Assembly (NCBI GenBank): GCA_002238725.1
Contig: MPMX01000005.1
Coordinates: forward strand, 28,150 to 52,149
Origin: Rhodospirillaceae bacterium bin65
Lineage (GTDB): Bacteria > Pseudomonadota > Alphaproteobacteria > Bin65
Direction of reading: 5' to 3'
DNA length: 24,000 bases
Position numbers and translations under genes: made by a program. The notes beneath the pieces were generated by a model. That model saw only the letters and a program-made list of their open reading frames with translations, had not been told where the DNA came from and ran no database searches. This document shows positions 20,854-24,000 of this stretch, piece by piece; position 1 is the stretch's first letter; each line of letters begins with the position of its first letter.

Positions 20854-21591
20854 ATGAAGATTCAAAAGCTGTTCCAGAAGACGCTGTTCGGCATGTTTAT
20901 GCTGTTCGGCGTTATCGGCATCTCGACGTCGATGCTGGCCATCTACACCGTCGATTCCCAGTTGACCGAGGAATACGAGTCCAACGCCAAGGGCATCGCC
21001 AAGACGATCGCCGACTCCAGCGTCGATATCATCCTGAACCGGGACCTGTCGGCGCTGCAGTCCCTGATCGACCAGTTCGTCGAGATCCAGGGCATCAGCT
21101 ATATCTACATCATCAACGATAACGGCGAATATCTCGCCCATACTTTCGTACCCGGCATACCCGAGGAAATCCTGCGCGGCGAGGGGCACGGCGCGGCGTC
21201 GGTCCGGCGCAGCCTGCCGGGCATGGGCGATTTCGTGGAAGTCAGCAGCCCGATTCTCGCTGGTGTGGCCGGCAAGGTTTACATCGGCATGGATACCGGG
21301 CTGGTCGCCCTGAAGATTCAGCGCGCGATCGGCCAGCAGGTCTATCTGTTCTCGACCATCTTCGTGATCGGCATCATCGCGGCGATCTGGCTGGTGAACC
21401 TCGCGGCACGGCCGGTCGCGAACTTGCTGGCCTACGCCGTTGATCTGGCGCGCGAACAATCCGGCGCCGAGGAAAACGGCGTCCTGGTCCGCGATGACGA
21501 GGTCGGCCAGCTCGCGCGGCTGTTCCAGTATTTTTCCGGAACGGGCGATCTTCCTGATCCCGAGCGGCCATCCCCGGCGGCCGGGACCTGA
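20854..21591 (+). CDS. Membrane protein with a periplasmic sensor-like domain and a HAMP domain but no output domain
   Basis: ATG 20854 lies 4 nt after the binding-protein stop. Order of elements: TM1 (LFGMFMLFGVIGISTSMLAIY), a ~170-aa extracytoplasmic domain, TM2 (VYLFSTIFVIGIIAAIWLV), then a HAMP-like segment ARPVANLLAYAVDLAREQSG...DDEVGQLARLFQYF. The protein ends 20 aa later, at 245 aa. Confidence 0.7.
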   Translation: MKIQKLFQKTLFGMFMLFGVIGISTSMLAIYTVDSQLTEEYESNAKGIAKTIADSSVDIILNRDLSALQSLIDQFVEIQGISYIYIINDNGEYLAHTFVPGIPEEILRGEGHGAASVRRSLPGMGDFVEVSSPILAGVAGKVYIGMDTGLVALKIQRAIGQQVYLFSTIFVIGIIAAIWLVNLAARPVANLLAYAVDLAREQSGAEENGVLVRDDEVGQLARLFQYFSGTGDLPDPERPSPAAGT

Positions 21592-21635
21592 GTCCGGCTG
21601 GATCCGGACTCCCGGCAGGCAGAGCGCCGCCTTCC

Positions 21636-22943
21636 ATGACGATACCCCGCGCCCTAACGCTCCTGCTCTGTACGGTGCTGCAGATCTGCCTCGGCACCGT
21701 ATACGCATGGAGTTTTTTCCAGACGCTGCTCGTCCGGCAGCACGACTGGTCGTACACCGAAACCGCGATCGCCTTCAGCGTCACCATCTTTTCACTGGGC
21801 TGCTCGGCGGCCTGGGCCGGCGCGGCCCTGCCGCGGCTGGGCCCGCGCAAGCTCGCGATCATCGGCAGCCTGATGTTCTCCGGTGGCTATGTCATCGGCG
21901 GCTTCGCCCTGCAGATCGACTATATGCCGCTGTTCTACCTCGGCTACGGGGTGATCGGCGGAGCGGGAATCGGCCTGGGCTATGTCACCCCCGTGGCGAC
22001 GGCCGCCAAGTGGTTTCCCGACCGCAAGGGGCTGGCGACCGGCATCGTCGTCATGGGTTTCGGCGTCGGCGCCTTCCTGTTGAGCAAGGTGCTGGCGCCC
22101 ATTCTCATTCTGGCCACCGAGGGCAACCTGCCGTCCGTCTTCATCTGGCTCGGCGTCCTATTCGCCGTAATTCTGTTGCCGTCCAGCTTCCTGCTGCACG
22201 ATCCGCCGACCGGATACCGGGTGACGGCCGCCGGCGTCATTTCCGGCGTGTTGGAAGAGGAGGAATCCGGCTCCGTTCGCCAGTGCATCGGTTCGCGCGA
22301 ATTCGCCGTCATGTGGATCGTCTTCTTCTTCAACATCGCAGCCGGGATTTCGGTCATCAGCTTCCAGTCGTCGCTGCTCCAGGATGTCTGGGGGCTGGCC
22401 GATCCGACCGTCGAACCGGAGGTGCTGGCGCAATACGGCGCGACGCTGATTGCCGTGAGCTCGCTGTGCAACGGGGCGGGGCGGCTGTTCTGGGGCCTGC
22501 TGTCGGACCGGATTGGCCGGGTCCGCGTTTTCCGGATTCTTCTCGGCAGTCAGATGATCGTGTTCGGCATCCTGATGACCGAGAATAATCCGTGGGTGTT
22601 CTCCGCCCTGGTCTGCTATGTGCTGCTGTGTTTCGGCGGCGGCTTTGCGACCATGCCGTCATTCGTGCTCGACGTATTCGGCGCCAGGCGCATGTCGGTC
22701 ATCTACGGCGCGCTGCTCACGGCCTGGGCGGCGGCCGGCATCTTCGGCCCGGTCTATGTCGGCTATATCAAGGACCAGTATCCGGATCGCGCGGTGATCT
22801 ACTGCTTCCTGATCGGGGTTCTCATCCTCGGGCTCGGCTTTTCCTTCTCCTACCTGCTGAACGACGACAGGATTCGCCTCGGCAAGCCGACCCTCGAAGG
22901 CACCCTGCGCCGGTTCGGCATTCCGGTGCCGGCGCGGAAATAG
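21636..22943 (+). CDS. MFS transporter, oxalate/formate antiporter (OFA) family-like
   Basis: 435 aa with about 12 predicted TM segments. The N-terminal [18 protein letters not shown] motif is typical of the OFA family. [33 protein letters not shown] is an MFS loop 2-3-like motif. Confidence 0.85.
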   Translation: MTIPRALTLLLCTVLQICLGTVYAWSFFQTLLVRQHDWSYTETAIAFSVTIFSLGCSAAWAGAALPRLGPRKLAIIGSLMFSGGYVIGGFALQIDYMPLFYLGYGVIGGAGIGLGYVTPVATAAKWFPDRKGLATGIVVMGFGVGAFLLSKVLAPILILATEGNLPSVFIWLGVLFAVILLPSSFLLHDPPTGYRVTAAGVISGVLEEEESGSVRQCIGSREFAVMWIVFFFNIAAGISVISFQSSLLQDVWGLADPTVEPEVLAQYGATLIAVSSLCNGAGRLFWGLLSDRIGRVRVFRILLGSQMIVFGILMTENNPWVFSALVCYVLLCFGGGFATMPSFVLDVFGARRMSVIYGALLTAWAAAGIFGPVYVGYIKDQYPDRAVIYCFLIGVLILGLGFSFSYLLNDDRIRLGKPTLEGTLRRFGIPVPARK

Positions 22944-23040
22944 CTGCGCAGCGGCAGAGCGCCGGAACATTTGCAGTTTGCCCGCACGCCCGCGAGGCCG
23001 CACATTGGCGGCACAGGCAACACGATCCGGAAGGCTGGCC

Positions 23041-23523
23041 ATGCAAGGCGACAAACAGGTTATCGCCTACCTGAACAAGATCCTGCGCAACGAACTGACC
23101 GCCATCAACCAGTATTTCCTGCATTCGCGAATGCTGAAGGACTGGGGCCTGCACCGGCTGGGCAACTACGAATACGAAGAATCCGTCGACGAAATGAAGC
23201 ATGCCGACCGGCTGATCGAGCGGATCCTGTTTCTGGAGGGGCTGCCGAACCTGCAGGATCTCGGCAAGCTGCTGATCGGGCAGGACGTTAAAGAGATCCT
23301 CGAATGCGATCTGAAGCTGGAAGAGTTGGCCATTCCGGACCTGCGCGAAGCGATCGCCCATTGCGAAAGCGTGCGGGACTATATCTCGCGCGAAATTCTC
23401 GAAGACATCCTCGAATCCGAGGAGGAACATGTCGACTGGCTGGAAACCAACCTCGAACTGATCGGCAGAGCCGGAATCGAGAACTATCAGCAATCCCAGA
23501 TGGGTGAGAGCGGGAGTTCCTAG
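23041..23523 (+). CDS. bfr: Bacterioferritin
   Basis: [77 protein letters not shown]... is near-colinear with E. coli Bfr as I remember it, including the heme-ligand Met in DEMKHAD and the ferroxidase residues (E..H pairs, EEEHVDWLE). SD GGAAGG lies 6 nt upstream of ATG 23041. The track start 22978 is too far upstream. Confidence 0.92.
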   Translation: MQGDKQVIAYLNKILRNELTAINQYFLHSRMLKDWGLHRLGNYEYEESVDEMKHADRLIERILFLEGLPNLQDLGKLLIGQDVKEILECDLKLEELAIPDLREAIAHCESVRDYISREILEDILESEEEHVDWLETNLELIGRAGIENYQQSQMGESGSS

Positions 23524-23547
23524 CCTCCCGGTTCCGTCCCGCAGCGC

Positions 23548-23727
23548 CTATTCGGCAGGGTGAATCGCTTCCGACGCCGGGTCTCCGGCTTCAACGCGCC
23601 GCTGCCTCTCGGCTGAAGGCGGTTCGGCGTCCGTGCTGGCCAACTCCAGTTTCTCGGCGCGTCTCTGGCTCATGCCGATACAGGCGTCGACAATCGTTTC
23701 GGCCTTGAGGTTTTTCCACAGCATCAT
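23548..23727 (-). CDS. Possible small ORF (59 aa) translationally coupled to bfd
   Basis: Its ATG (23727-23725) overlaps the bfd stop TGA (23726-23724) in an ATGA arrangement. It encodes MMLWKNLKAETIVDACIGMSQRRAEKLELASTDAEPPSAERQRRVEAGDPASEAIHPAE. No recognisable family; support is positional only. Confidence 0.25.
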   Translation of the reverse strand: MMLWKNLKAETIVDACIGMSQRRAEKLELASTDAEPPSAERQRRVEAGDPASEAIHPAE

Positions 23728-23954
23728 GGCGCAGGCGCCCCGGCCTCGGGCGTTACTGAGCGTTTCATGGTCCGGTTGTGGTTTGGTGCGTCCGGGCCGG
23801 CGTCCGCCAGGATCGCTTCGGCATAGTCGACACACCGCCGACAGGCCGGGCTGCCGCCGAGTATCTCGTAGGCATGCTCGACGCACGCAACGCCGGACCG
23901 GGCGAGGGTCTCAAGCTGCTGGCTGGTATGGCCGTTGCACAGACAGACATACAT
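23724..23954 (-). CDS. bfd: Bacterioferritin-associated ferredoxin (BFD-like [2Fe-2S] domain)
   Basis: MYVCLCNGHT... with the C-x-C ... C-x-x-C pattern (CLC ... CRRC) characteristic of Bfd. It is a small protein (76 aa) next to bfr, although here convergent rather than co-directional. Confidence 0.85.
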   Translation of the reverse strand: MYVCLCNGHTSQQLETLARSGVACVEHAYEILGGSPACRRCVDYAEAILADAGPDAPNHNRTMKRSVTPEAGAPAP

Positions 23955-23986
23955 GACGGGCGACCGTGAACGTCGATTTCATGCCT

Positions 23987-24000
23987 GATAATGAAAATGC
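23987..24000. promoter_or_regulatory. Fur-box-like sequence upstream of bfd, cut by the window edge
   Basis: GATAATGAAAATGC compared with the first 14 nt of the classical Fur box GATAATGATAATCATTATC: 11 of the first 12 positions match, then it diverges. It lies 33-46 nt upstream of bfd ATG 23954. The rest of the site is outside the window. Confidence 0.4.

Noticed and set aside
23548-23886. Full 112-aa minus ORF overlapping bfd
   Set aside because: Its first half overlaps the bfd CDS in another frame and is R/C/P-rich. Only the distal 59 codons, starting at the ATGA junction, are considered possibly real.
1-24000. Search by eye for CRISPR arrays, tRNA/rRNA genes, IS elements, integrase genes or terminal inverted repeats
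   Set aside because: I found no regularly spaced repeats, no cloverleaf-like or rRNA-like conserved stretches, and no transposase or integrase-like translations in any listed ORF. Absence is based on manual reading only.

Overview
High-GC, proteobacterium-like window. All calls come from reading the supplied translations and my own translation of selected stretches; no searches were run. Roughly 1-18830 is a compact RiPP biosynthetic gene cluster. It is built around one NHLP-type (nitrile-hydratase-like leader) precursor of 84 aa (6529-6783). After an AG double-glycine-type site, its predicted core is only six residues, LCCCGI. Export and leader cleavage are covered by a divergent three-gene operon: a HlyD-like adaptor, a C39-peptidase ABC transporter, and a second ABC transporter that runs off the left edge. 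An RND/MMPL-type exporter lies just downstream of the precursor, behind two hairpins. The cluster has a fused E1-like/YcaO cyclodehydratase but no SagB/McbC-type FMN dehydrogenase. The tailoring set is instead a cytokinin-dehydrogenase-like FAD oxidase, two paralogous class I SAM methyltransferases, a tightly coupled 372-aa protein with no motif I recognise, and an AlkB-type membrane di-iron hydroxylase fused to a GlnE-like domain with a degenerate nucleotidyltransferase motif. I do not recognise this combination as a described RiPP class, so it is the main candidate for a new system. Two CDSs contain very unusual G/C homopolymer tracts (runs of 11-13 nt), which may be biological or assembly artefacts. 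A 0.7-kb non-coding junction (18831-19583) holds a SulP transporter remnant and a repeated AT-rich motif. The right quarter looks like ordinary chromosome: a LivK-like binding protein, a HAMP-only membrane protein, an OFA-type MFS transporter, bacterioferritin, and Bfd with a Fur-box-like site at the window edge. I saw no tRNA, rRNA, CRISPR array or IS element. Many long ORFs in the track are antisense or off-frame shadows typical of high-GC DNA.
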